DNA of 64,000 bases, taken from Vicinamibacterales bacterium (GTDB lineage Bacteria > Acidobacteriota > Vicinamibacteria > Vicinamibacterales > UBA823). This document shows positions 27,732-36,689 of this stretch, in pieces. A model generated the notes under the pieces. That model was not told the DNA's origin, did no database searches, and saw only the letters and a list, made by a program, of their open reading frames with translations. The stretch spans positions 154,094-218,093 of the forward strand of contig DASCOS010000004.1 of assembly GCA_036012125.1 (NCBI GenBank), in the 5' to 3' direction. A program made the position numbers and the translations under genes. How positions within the stretch are numbered: the stretch's first letter is position 1; each line of letters begins with the position of its first letter.

Positions 27732-29198
27732 TCAGGCCTCCTTAATGGCCGAGATTAGATCCAAAGCTGCTTTCTTACCGTCAGAAAAGAGCATGAGTGT
27801 CTTGTCAGCAGCGAAGAGTGGATTTGGAATACCAGCGAAGCCAGGGCTAAGGCTACGCTTGATGACAACCACAGTACGCGCCTTGTCTACTTCGAGAATC
27901 GGCATTCCAGCGATTGGGCTAGCTGGGTCGGTGTTCGCGACCGGATTGACTACATCGTTGGCTCCGATGACGATAACAACATCAGTCTCAGCGAAGGTAG
28001 GGTTGACGTCATCCATTTCACGAAGTTTGTCGTAAGCGACGTCGGCTTCGGCTAACAGGACGTTCATGTGACCGGGCATCCGACCAGCCACTGGATGAAT
28101 CGCGAACTCCACCTCGGCACCTTGCGACTCGAGTAGATTCGCGAGATCGCGAATGGCATGCTGGGCCTGTGAGACCGCAAGACCGTACCCGGGGACGATC
28201 ACCACCCGCCGTGCTGAGTCAAACAACATCGCGACTTCCTCGGGTGACGCCGACTTGACCCGGCCCGCGTAGACTTCATCTGCCGAGGTGCCGCCGCCTT
28301 CGACTTCTGGCCCGATTGCGCCTGTGAGGACGTTGGTTAGGGATCGATTCATTGCTTTGCACATGATCCGCGTGAGAATTAGACCAGACGCGCCAACGAG
28401 CGATCCCGTAATGATGAGCACGTTATTATCGAGGACGAAACCGGTCGAGGCTGCCGCTAACCCGGAGTAAGAGTTGAGCAACGCGATCGCAACCGGCATG
28501 TCAGCACCGCCGATTGGAATAGTGAGCAGTATCCCACCGACCGAGGCAAGCGCGACAAGCACCCAATAGAGATTCGTCATCGCCGGGTTGTTCACGATCA
28601 GGACGCCTACGGTGAGTGCGCCAATTCCAAGCAATAGGTTCACAAACTGCTGACCAGGGAAGTGCATCGGCTTACCGGGCAGTACCAACTCCTGCAGTTT
28701 GTCGAATGCGACGAGACTGCCGAAGAAAGTAATGCCGCCAATGATCCCGCAAGCGACCGTTGCAACCGTCATTTGGGTGGTTGGTTCGGTTGCGTCAAAG
28801 AGCGCCGCGCCAGCGACGAAGACCGAGGCGCCGCCCCCAAACCCGTTCAACAGTGCGACCATTTGTGGCATCGCGGTCATCTGAATCTTTAACGCGAGCG
28901 TGGCGCCGATCCCACCACCGATGACGATACCAGTGAGGATTACGCCAATCCCCTGGAGACCGCTCCCAAAAACATCGCGGGTTGCCAGTGTGGCGATTAT
29001 TGCCAGCAACATGCCAGTCGCGCCGTAAAGATTCCCACGAACGGCGGTGCGCGGGTGGGTTAACCCTTTGATGCCAAGGATGAACAGAACCGACGCGGCG
29101 AGGTATGTCAGGTTAATAACAGACGAATCCAAAGCGTCAATCCTTCTTCTTAAACATTTCAAGCATACGGTGGGTGACGAGGAAACCGCCGACGACAT
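27732..29198 (-). CDS. pntB: NAD(P) transhydrogenase subunit beta
   Basis: 488 aa, with multi-TM N-terminal and dIII C-terminal domains (VIVPGYGLAVSQAQH, VIGANDVVNP). The listed start overlaps pntAB by 62 nt. A TTG at about 29132, preceded by AAGGA, is a plausible true start. Confidence 0.9.
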   Translation of the reverse strand: MSSAVSSSPTVCLKCLRRRIDALDSSVINLTYLAASVLFILGIKGLTHPRTAVRGNLYGATGMLLAIIATLATRDVFGSGLQGIGVILTGIVIGGGIGATLALKIQMTAMPQMVALLNGFGGGASVFVAGAALFDATEPTTQMTVATVACGIIGGITFFGSLVAFDKLQELVLPGKPMHFPGQQFVNLLLGIGALTVGVLIVNNPAMTNLYWVLVALASVGGILLTIPIGGADMPVAIALLNSYSGLAAASTGFVLDNNVLIITGSLVGASGLILTRIMCKAMNRSLTNVLTGAIGPEVEGGGTSADEVYAGRVKSASPEEVAMLFDSARRVVIVPGYGLAVSQAQHAIRDLANLLESQGAEVEFAIHPVAGRMPGHMNVLLAEADVAYDKLREMDDVNPTFAETDVVIVIGANDVVNPVANTDPASPIAGMPILEVDKARTVVVIKRSLSPGFAGIPNPLFAADKTLMLFSDGKKAALDLISAIKEA

Positions 29199-29415
29199 TC
29201 GTGGCGGCCAGCACGAGTGCGCAGAAGCCGAGGGCGGTCGTTAGCGTGTTTGGTGTTGTAGCAGCGATCATCGCGCCGATAATCGTGATGCCCGAGATCG
29301 CGTTAGAACCAGACATTAGCGGCGTGTGAAGTAGCGGAGGCACCTTCGTAATGATCTCGAAGCCGACAAAAACCGCGAGCAGGAAGATGGTAAGGAGCGG
29401 AATGAAAGCGTCCAT
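29137..29415 (-). CDS. pntAB: NAD(P) transhydrogenase subunit alpha part 2 (membrane)
   Basis: 92 aa, 3 TM segments, PLMSGSNAISGI motif. Positioned between pntAA and pntB. Confidence 0.8.
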   Translation of the reverse strand: MDAFIPLLTIFLLAVFVGFEIITKVPPLLHTPLMSGSNAISGITIIGAMIAATTPNTLTTALGFCALVLAATNVVGGFLVTHRMLEMFKKKD

Positions 29416-30602
29416 CAGGCGCCGGTCCTTTCGTTGTCAATCGCGGGAGTGATAGTGCCGAGGAGTTCACGCAGTCTTGAGTTGACAACCTCGCCATCGC
29501 GCGACACCAGCGTCTCCTTGGTAATTTGATCCTCCAGGTCCAAGACGAACTTTCCGTCGTCGATTAAGTGAAGCAGAAAGGACGTGATGTTTTTTGCATA
29601 CATCTGACTAGCGTGATACGGCACGCTGGCAGCCACATTCGTCGGACCGAGTAAGGTCACACCGCGGTGCACCGTCGGTTGGCCAGCCTTGGTCAGTTCA
29701 CAGTTGCCACCTTGCTCGGCTGCGAGGTCGACAACGACAGACCCGGGTGCCATTCCATCGACCATCTCCCTAGTGATGAGGATGGGAGCTTTTTTCCCCG
29801 GGACTAGCGCAGTGGTAACCACCACATCAGCACCAGCGACCACTGCAGCCATTGCCTCTTGCTGGCGTTGATAGAACGCTTTGTCCTGAGTTTTAGCGTA
29901 GCCGCGTTTGTCCTCGCTATCCGCAGTCTTAAGATCAAGTTCGACGAATTTTGCGCCAAGGCTCTCGACCTGTTCCTTGACTGCCGGACGAACGTCATAC
30001 GCCTCGACGTTGGCTCCGAGCCGCCGGGCGGTGGCGATTGCCTGTAAGCCAGCTACACCCGCGCCGAGAATAAGGACCCGTGCTGGTTTGACTGTACCGG
30101 CAGCAGTCATCAGCATCGGGAACATGCGAGGTGCTGTATCTGCTGCGAGCAACACGGCTTTGTAACCGCTCACCGTAGCCATCGATGACAGCACATCCAT
30201 GCTTTGGGCACGCGTGATGCGCGGGATCAACTCGAGCGAAAATGCCGTTACCTGACGCTCAGCGAGTGCCTGGGCCGAGTCAAGTGCGGTGAGTGGCTCC
30301 GAGAGTCCGATGATGACTTGACCCTGCCGCAACAGATCGAGGTCTACTCGGCCTGCTTCTGGGTTTGCACCCAGAGTACGAACCTGGAGCACGATGTCGG
30401 CATCGGCGAACAGCTGGCCGCGATCACTTGCTAGCTGTGCGCCCTTGTCAAGGAACGCTGCATCAGGAAATCCTGCCTCGTCGCCGGCGGAGGCCTCAGT
30501 AAGGATGTGAAGGCCAGCTTTTGTGAGTGAGGGAATGACTGAGGGAACGATGGCAACACGCCGTTCGCCAGGAAACGTTTCTTTAGGGATTCCGACGATC
30601 AT
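29415..30602 (-). CDS. pntAA: NAD(P) transhydrogenase subunit alpha part 1 (dI)
   Basis: 395 aa. IGIPKETFPGERRVA, LGAGVAGLQAIATARRLGA; alanine-dehydrogenase-like fold. Confidence 0.9.
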   Translation of the reverse strand: MIVGIPKETFPGERRVAIVPSVIPSLTKAGLHILTEASAGDEAGFPDAAFLDKGAQLASDRGQLFADADIVLQVRTLGANPEAGRVDLDLLRQGQVIIGLSEPLTALDSAQALAERQVTAFSLELIPRITRAQSMDVLSSMATVSGYKAVLLAADTAPRMFPMLMTAAGTVKPARVLILGAGVAGLQAIATARRLGANVEAYDVRPAVKEQVESLGAKFVELDLKTADSEDKRGYAKTQDKAFYQRQQEAMAAVVAGADVVVTTALVPGKKAPILITREMVDGMAPGSVVVDLAAEQGGNCELTKAGQPTVHRGVTLLGPTNVAASVPYHASQMYAKNITSFLLHLIDDGKFVLDLEDQITKETLVSRDGEVVNSRLRELLGTITPAIDNERTGA

Positions 30603-30698
30603 GAATTTGTGATCTCATACGTTAAAGATGCGACCAACTTCAACCAAGCATTATACGCGCCTTCCAATCCCGAGGGCCACTCGTTCGTCGCCTACGCG

Positions 30699-32408
30699 TC
30701 AACGGCGAGAGGGCATGACCTTGTGTAACTTCTCACCGAGGGCGGCAATTAACTCAGCACTGACCGACCGTGTCTCAAGCGTTGGATATCCGTTAACCTC
30801 ACCCGTCACGGCTGGGACCAAAAGGTGGTTTAGGGCGTCGAAGCGGACCAATTCAGTTGCTACCCTCCGGTCCCGTGCTAGGCCCATCTCGAGCAGGCGG
30901 TCTGCGTGTCCTGGAACGATTTGCCGGTCGAGACCGCCGTGAATGACCACCATTGGCTGGCGTAGGTCCTGAATGACGTCGGCCGGCCAGAAGTTGAGGT
31001 AACTCGAAAACCACGGCGTGTCAGCCTGCTTGCGCATGTCAGGCGGAATATCATCCCAGCCATCGCCCGTCAGGACCGCATCGTGAATCCGTCGCTGTAG
31101 CTCCATCTTACTCAGTCGCTCCTCGTCGCTGATCTCCATGCGTACGAGCGTTTGTCGCTGCTGTTCGAGGACGAACTCCACACCGCGTGTCGACGGAACC
31201 GCCACCAATCCGAGGGCAGTAATCCTGCGCTCCTTCGCTGCGGTTAGCATGGCGACCCAACCGCTTTCACCGTAGCCCACTACGGCAATTCGACGCTCGT
31301 CTACGTCAGCCCGGTCACGAAGATGACGAATCACCGACCTAACATCTTCAGCGTATTCCGCGAGTGTGATGCTTTCGATCCGGCCGCCGCTCTGGCCGAC
31401 CCCTCGTTTATCGTAACGGACGACGATGAAACCGGCGTCGGAGAGGCCGCCCGCCAAGTTGCCATAGATTGGCACGCCCGAAGATGTTTCGTCCCTATCG
31501 GTTGAATTGGGTCCTGGCACAAGGACAACGGCGGGCCACTCACGGTCGTTATCGGTTTCAGGCGAGGCCGCGGGAGAGAGCTGTGGCCTGGTGAGTGTCG
31601 CTGCTAGATTGAAACCCGAAGCGGGGATGTACAGGTCTTCGTCCCCTTCATTTCGCACGGTTTCCTGCCGAGCTGATAGCGAGACGATTTCCTGCCTCGC
31701 AATGTCGAGCCCGATCGTTGGCATACTGATACGTAGTAATCGATGCCCAGCATCAGACCAAATTTCGGCATCAAAGGGATTACGACTGTTGAGAAAGGTC
31801 ACATGATGCCGCTGTGCTTCGACCGTGCCGGCACTTGTGGTGATCCGCTGCTCACTCGTTCGGTTTAATCGGATAGTAATCTCAGCTTGTGGTGCGATAT
31901 AGGCAGGAATAGCGGTGCCAACCTCGGCTACTGATAGGCGTGCCGCGAGGGCTTCGTACGACGCAAAAAAGTTCGTTGGGAGGACGATAGTCCCGGCTGA
32001 TAAAGCGTCTACTTTACTGCTGGTCTCGCTACCTACGAGTATATCGCTCGTCGCACTGGTTTCCGTGAATGTTGTCTGCACCCTGTAAGGCTCACCGGCA
32101 AGCGTGGCATCAATGAACAGAGTCTCCGGCCGCCACAAATCGTCGTAACGAATCTCAAACTGTCGAATGGCTAGGTCGAGCGGACCCGACACTCGGCCCG
32201 TTGAGTTGATTGTCCAGCCTGACTCGGTCTCCTCCACCCGGATCTCCTCGGTTCCCACGAGAGTGAGCTGAAAAAAGATATTGAACGTAGACTGACCTGG
32301 GGTTGGTCTGGGAACTGACTGGTCAGCAGCCGCGAGTGAACACATTGCCGTCGCCAGGAAGGCGACGGTACAATAGGCCGGCACACGCATCACTTCCCAG
32401 CATACCAT
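30699..32408 (-). CDS. Secreted alpha/beta hydrolase (S9/dienelactone-hydrolase-like) with a ~300-aa N-terminal domain of unknown function
   Basis: 569 aa with a signal peptide. Nucleophile elbow VVGYGESGW (GxSxG) and a C-terminal VIHGGLD block. Confidence 0.65.
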   Translation of the reverse strand: MVCWEVMRVPAYCTVAFLATAMCSLAAADQSVPRPTPGQSTFNIFFQLTLVGTEEIRVEETESGWTINSTGRVSGPLDLAIRQFEIRYDDLWRPETLFIDATLAGEPYRVQTTFTETSATSDILVGSETSSKVDALSAGTIVLPTNFFASYEALAARLSVAEVGTAIPAYIAPQAEITIRLNRTSEQRITTSAGTVEAQRHHVTFLNSRNPFDAEIWSDAGHRLLRISMPTIGLDIARQEIVSLSARQETVRNEGDEDLYIPASGFNLAATLTRPQLSPAASPETDNDREWPAVVLVPGPNSTDRDETSSGVPIYGNLAGGLSDAGFIVVRYDKRGVGQSGGRIESITLAEYAEDVRSVIRHLRDRADVDERRIAVVGYGESGWVAMLTAAKERRITALGLVAVPSTRGVEFVLEQQRQTLVRMEISDEERLSKMELQRRIHDAVLTGDGWDDIPPDMRKQADTPWFSSYLNFWPADVIQDLRQPMVVIHGGLDRQIVPGHADRLLEMGLARDRRVATELVRFDALNHLLVPAVTGEVNGYPTLETRSVSAELIAALGEKLHKVMPSRR

Positions 32409-32434
32409 CCTGTGTGTGCGAACTGGTTGGTTAC

Positions 32435-33472
32435 ATGGTCAGCGCAACGCTAATCCAGTCCTACGAAAAGCTCCGTGAAACGGCTGGGCTCGTGAGTCTC
32501 AGTAATCGGGGCGCGATAAATATGAAGGGCAGCGACTGTGCTTCGTACTTGCAGGGGCTTCTTACGAACGACATCTCGGGGCTGACAACTGGCGCAGGTT
32601 GTTACGCTGCTTACCTCACGCCGCAGGGGCGCATGATCGCCGACATGAGGGTTCTGAATCTCGGAGATCGGTTACTGCTGGACGTTGATTCTGCGATGTC
32701 TGACACCCTGACCTCTCGGTTCTCAATGCTGGTTTTTTCTGAGGATGTCCAAGTCAACGACGAATCTTCAACTTGGTATTGGGTTGGTGTGCGTGGGCCG
32801 GGTGCGGCAGCTTGCCTGGAGCCAATTTTACGGCCGGAGGGAACCCTGTCAGGAAAGAAGGCTGTAACGGCCTATCAAGGTCTCGACAACGGATGGTGGG
32901 TGCTCGACGGAAAGCCAGTGCTGGCCGTGAGCAACGATGAGTTGGGTATTCCTGGCATTGACCTCGGTGTTTCAAGTGCTTACAGCGGGCAAATAAATGC
33001 GCAGCTTGAGGGTTTAGGTCTTGAGTGGGGGAGTGCTGGCGCAGTGGAGGCGCTCCGGGTCGAGGCCGGCACGCCTCGGTTCGGCGCCGATATGGACCAA
33101 GACACGATTCCGCTTGAGGCCGGTATTGAGGCACGGGCCATCAGTGAAACGAAGGGCTGCTATGTCGGTCAGGAGGTTATCATTCGAATCCTGCATCGTG
33201 GCAAAGGACGCGTCGCACGACGTCTAGTCGGCCTGATATTCTCACAGGACCACACGACGGAATCCTTGTCGGGCCAGTCCGTCTACGACGGTCATGAAAC
33301 AATTGGTCGAGTGAGGAGCGCAATCTCGTCGCCGCGACTCGGTCGACAGATTGCCTTAGCTTATGTTCAGCGTGCGTACACGGCGCCGGGTGCACGTGTC
33401 GAGGTAGCGGACGGTGAGCGTCGGGTCGCTGCTGAGGTTACGGAACTTCCGTTCCCACCTTCGTTAGCCTGA
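32435..33472 (+). CDS. ygfZ: YgfZ/CAF17-type folate-binding protein (GcvT-like)
   Basis: Signature ETKGCYVGQEVIIRI (KGCYxGQE). The start is moved to Met45 of the track ORF (ATG 32435) to avoid overlap with the convergently read upstream gene. Confidence 0.75.
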   Translation: MVSATLIQSYEKLRETAGLVSLSNRGAINMKGSDCASYLQGLLTNDISGLTTGAGCYAAYLTPQGRMIADMRVLNLGDRLLLDVDSAMSDTLTSRFSMLVFSEDVQVNDESSTWYWVGVRGPGAAACLEPILRPEGTLSGKKAVTAYQGLDNGWWVLDGKPVLAVSNDELGIPGIDLGVSSAYSGQINAQLEGLGLEWGSAGAVEALRVEAGTPRFGADMDQDTIPLEAGIEARAISETKGCYVGQEVIIRILHRGKGRVARRLVGLIFSQDHTTESLSGQSVYDGHETIGRVRSAISSPRLGRQIALAYVQRAYTAPGARVEVADGERRVAAEVTELPFPPSLA

Positions 33473-33842
33473 CGATTAATGCTTTATCGGCGAGTGGAAA
33501 CTCCAGTGTGGCTAGTTCACGTCGTTTGACCCAACGGATCCGCTGCTTCAGCATCGAACGTGGTTTCCCCTTTAGTTGGCAATGGTAAAAGTGTAGACAT
33601 ACGGTCCTGTCGGGATAGGCGTGTTCCACGCAGTCGATTTTTTTGCCAATCTCAACCTCAACGCCTAGCTCCTCGCGCATTTCCCGTCGCAGTGCATCTG
33701 TGAGCGATTCTCCAGATTCCAGTTTTCCGCCAGGAAACTCCCAACACCCCCCTAGATGATCGCCCGCCGCACGTTGCGTAACCAGGAAGTGATCACGTTG
33801 TTCAACAACCGCCGCTACCACATCAAGGGGTACGCTACTCAT
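33438..33842 (-). CDS. mutT: MutT-type Nudix hydrolase (8-oxo-dGTP diphosphatase-like)
   Basis: Complete Nudix box GGKLESGESLTDALRREMREELGV. The start is taken at MSSVPLDVVAAVV (33842), which gives an ATGA 4-nt overlap with mutY. Confidence 0.75.
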   Translation of the reverse strand: MSSVPLDVVAAVVEQRDHFLVTQRAAGDHLGGCWEFPGGKLESGESLTDALRREMREELGVEVEIGKKIDCVEHAYPDRTVCLHFYHCQLKGKPRSMLKQRIRWVKRRELATLEFPLADKALIVRLTKVGTEVP

Positions 33843-34552
33843 TTCTTGCGTTGTCCCGCAGGACGACTGTCGATTGGCCCGGTACGACATGCGGTGGCCA
33901 TGGGGCAGGAACGGCATCGAGGCCGTCGCGCTGTACACACTGTTGCGCCAAAATCCATAAGGCCCTGGTTGAAATCGAATACGTGTCGCCGAGGTAGCAG
34001 CACCCTAGCCAGACTCCAGAGATGGCGCTGCAAGGCATGGGCACGCAGGTCGCCCGTGCCGACAAAGAACCGGTACAGGACGCGCGCCACGTTGGTGTCA
34101 AGAATCGCCGCCCGGCGGCCGAAGGCGAAACTTAGGATCGCGCCGGTTGTGTAGGCACCTATCCCTTTGAAAGATCGAAGCGTCGTCTCGTCATCGGGCA
34201 GGGCACCTCCGTACCGTAGCACCGATTCCCGTGCGATAGCGTGCAACCGCCTGGGCCGAATGTTATATCCGAGTGGATACCAAGTGCGGATTACGTCCCG
34301 GGGTCTTGCCGCCGCGAGTGCTTTAAGCGTCGGATATTTCTTGAGCCACTCCTTATACTTCGGCATCACTCGGTCGACTTGCGTCTGCTGCAGCATGATC
34401 TCCGATACGAGAATGCGATACGGATCGCGCGTTCGACGCCAGGGCAGGTCGCGGCCGTGTTTCCAGTACCATGTGAGAAGCTGACGCCGGAACTTCTGTC
34501 GGTCCACTGGGGCCGGCAAGGTCAAACGCAAGAGGCTACGCTCACTGGTCAT
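33839..34552 (-). CDS. mutY: A/G-specific adenine glycosylase, catalytic (HhH-GPD + 4Fe-4S) domain only
   Basis: 237 aa. LLTWYWKHGRDLPWRRTRDPYRILVSEIMLQQTQV, GIGAYTTGAILSFAF, and FeS loop CTARRPRCRSCP...C. The protein ends right after the cluster, with no C-terminal MutT-like domain. Confidence 0.8.
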   Translation of the reverse strand: MTSERSLLRLTLPAPVDRQKFRRQLLTWYWKHGRDLPWRRTRDPYRILVSEIMLQQTQVDRVMPKYKEWLKKYPTLKALAAARPRDVIRTWYPLGYNIRPRRLHAIARESVLRYGGALPDDETTLRSFKGIGAYTTGAILSFAFGRRAAILDTNVARVLYRFFVGTGDLRAHALQRHLWSLARVLLPRRHVFDFNQGLMDFGATVCTARRPRCRSCPMATACRTGPIDSRPAGQRKK

Positions 34553-34571
34553 CGTTTTCGGTGGCCGGTCG

Positions 34572-35141
34572 ATGTGCCAACGCTGGCACTATAATTGCGC
34601 TGTGTCGATCTACACCCGTAGCGGTGATGACGGAGAGACCGGTCTTTTTGATGGTGCCCGTCTGTCGAAGTCCGATCCGCGGATTGAGGCCTGCGGGGAG
34701 GTTGACGAGTTGGACGCAGTACTTGGGCTGGTGCTCGCCCACCTGACTGAGCCAGACCTGATTGAGATCACCACGCATGTGCAGCGCGACCTTTTTGCGA
34801 TTGGTGCGCGATTGGCCGACCCGCGACGCCGGATAGCCGAGCGGATTACGAAGGTCGATTTGGATGGTCGAGCCGTGGAACGGCTGGAGTCGTGGATTGA
34901 TCGTTTCGACGAAGAATTGCCTGAGATGCGGCAATTCATTCTGCCTGGCGGCACGCCGGCTGGAGCAGCACTGCACTTGGCGCGCTCCGTATGCCGCAGA
35001 GTAGAGCGCCGGATTGTTGCATTGGGAAGCGATGTTGTCGAGCGAGCGGTACGGGTCTACATTAACCGACTGTCCGACCTTCTCTTCATGCTCGCCCGGG
35101 CCGTGAACACACGTGCGAAGATGCAGGAGATCGAGTGGTAA
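34572..35141 (+). CDS. PduO-type ATP:cob(I)alamin adenosyltransferase
   Basis: IYTRSGDDGETGLFDGARLSKSDPRIEACGEVDELDAVLG is the family N-terminus. A GTG at 34602 (VSIYTR...), 6 nt after a TATAAT at 34590-34595, may be the real and possibly leaderless start. Confidence 0.85.
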   Translation: MCQRWHYNCAVSIYTRSGDDGETGLFDGARLSKSDPRIEACGEVDELDAVLGLVLAHLTEPDLIEITTHVQRDLFAIGARLADPRRRIAERITKVDLDGRAVERLESWIDRFDEELPEMRQFILPGGTPAGAALHLARSVCRRVERRIVALGSDVVERAVRVYINRLSDLLFMLARAVNTRAKMQEIEW

Positions 35142-35145
35142 GCGT

Positions 35146-35655
35146 TCAAACGGGCCCGGTTGCGTCATCCCGCTCCACGAGATCCAGCTTCACGCAATCG
35201 AAAATTCGTCGGGCTAACTCTTGAGAAATCCGTTCTCGGATTGCGCCGCATTCTACAAGCGTTGTCTCACCGATTGTCTCGATGGCTACGTCCCATCGAT
35301 CATGCGCGATACCCTCAGAGCGGTCCTCAAAGGCAGTCGGCATTGCCTTCAGCGACGATTGAAACCGTTTAGATTCGTAGGCCGCGATCGGAGATCCGTT
35401 AATCAGCATGCGCACAGCCGTAGTGCGTCGTTTGTCGATCGTTGCATCGCGGTAGAAAAAGGCATTGTCATCTTCACTGAAGAGCGTCATGTCGGTGCCG
35501 GATGGAAGTTCAGCAACAACGCGCCGGCCGTGCTGGTGCTCGCGCCGGCGTTGCGCCTGACGGCGTTTACGCAACATGTGGAGTGTTGAGCCGAGGCTCA
35601 CTGCGGTGACGAGCAGCAGTGCGGCGAAAGCGGCGGCAATGAGATCTCGCATCAA
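35146..35655 (-). CDS. Hypothetical membrane-anchored protein (last gene of the prenyl-synthase operon)
   Basis: 169 aa. One N-terminal TM helix, then a basic stretch (RKRRQAQRRREHQHGRR). I recognise no motif. Confidence 0.4.
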   Translation of the reverse strand: MMRDLIAAAFAALLLVTAVSLGSTLHMLRKRRQAQRRREHQHGRRVVAELPSGTDMTLFSEDDNAFFYRDATIDKRRTTAVRMLINGSPIAAYESKRFQSSLKAMPTAFEDRSEGIAHDRWDVAIETIGETTLVECGAIRERISQELARRIFDCVKLDLVERDDATGPV

Positions 35656-35669
35656 TGTTTGCCGTAGAT

Positions 35670-36689
35670 TTAAATTTCTGCCGCACTGGTCTCGGCCGCA
35701 ACCGTCAGCCCGAGCCGCTCTTTGTCGGCATCGGTTAAAAGGTGATGTTCGGTCATGGGATCAAAATCACACACCGCGATCTTTTCCAGTGTTGCCATGT
35801 AGAGCCGGATAATCAACTGCAGCACAAACATTCGGTCGGCAGGCAGTTGTCCTTTGAGAGGTGTAAGTTGTGCTTCACCCGCACGTCGCCATGAGTCTGC
35901 CCGTCCCGCCAGGTCCTCGACTAACGCCTTAAGGGCCGGGCTAGCATGTTCCCGTCCTAGGTCTTCTAGCAGTGTTGCCTCGGTCACGCGGTGCGTCGCC
36001 ATGTCGTCGCCGGCCAGATAGACTAGCCCTCGCTTACCAGTGGTTAAGTCTTGGCGGAGATCTCGCAGTACATGGCTCACATACGCGAACAGCCCGAGAT
36101 TGTAGCCGCAGCCCTGTAGGTCGAAGTCTGCCGGGATGCGAAAGACTCCATCAGTGCCCTGTTCCGCTGTGATCAGGTAGAGGTAAATGGTTGTCGGTGC
36201 CACCGTCGCGCCACGGGCATAACGTAAGAATTCCTCAAAGGTTTGAAATCTGTCACGCTCGAGATCCCTCTTCATAGCATCGAAAAAAGCACTCCAAAGC
36301 GAAGGTTCTACTGGGAACCGTGCGATGCCCCGCCCGAAAGCGTCTAGAACATCAGCTGCACGCGGCTCTTTGGTCGCCTGGAGCGCGGCACGGTTTGGTG
36401 GCCGATCGGTTAGCGCCGCAGAGACCGTGTCCTCCCATGCGAGAAGAATCCGCTGTGTATGAGGCACAGCATTGCTATTCAGGCCCTCGGAAAGGACTGC
36501 ATCGACGCAATCGTCGACGAGTCTCATCACCGCGTAAAGTGCACAGAACGCTCGGTAACGTTCGATCTCGGTGAAGAAACAGCTTGCCCGATAGAGGTTG
36601 TTAAGGTCCTTGGCGGCGATCGTCTCGGCGATACTGTCCGTACCGGTCAGCGAACCCGGGCGCCAGAACTGTTGAGGGATTCTGGTCAT
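35670..36689 (-). CDS. Squalene/phytoene synthase family protein (head-to-head prenyl synthase)
   Basis: 339 aa. First Asp-rich motif YAVMRLVDDCVD and second VLRDLRQDL...GLVYLAGDD. 4-nt overlap with the upstream FAD gene. Confidence 0.75.
   Translation of the reverse strand: MTRIPQQFWRPGSLTGTDSIAETIAAKDLNNLYRASCFFTEIERYRAFCALYAVMRLVDDCVDAVLSEGLNSNAVPHTQRILLAWEDTVSAALTDRPPNRAALQATKEPRAADVLDAFGRGIARFPVEPSLWSAFFDAMKRDLERDRFQTFEEFLRYARGATVAPTTIYLYLITAEQGTDGVFRIPADFDLQGCGYNLGLFAYVSHVLRDLRQDLTTGKRGLVYLAGDDMATHRVTEATLLEDLGREHASPALKALVEDLAGRADSWRRAGEAQLTPLKGQLPADRMFVLQLIIRLYMATLEKIAVCDFDPMTEHHLLTDADKERLGLTVAAETSAAEI

Noticed and set aside
34542-35168. 208-aa minus-strand ORF
   Set aside because: It is entirely antisense to the PduO-type adenosyltransferase gene, whose N-terminal signature is unambiguous. 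This is a typical shadow ORF in GC-rich DNA.
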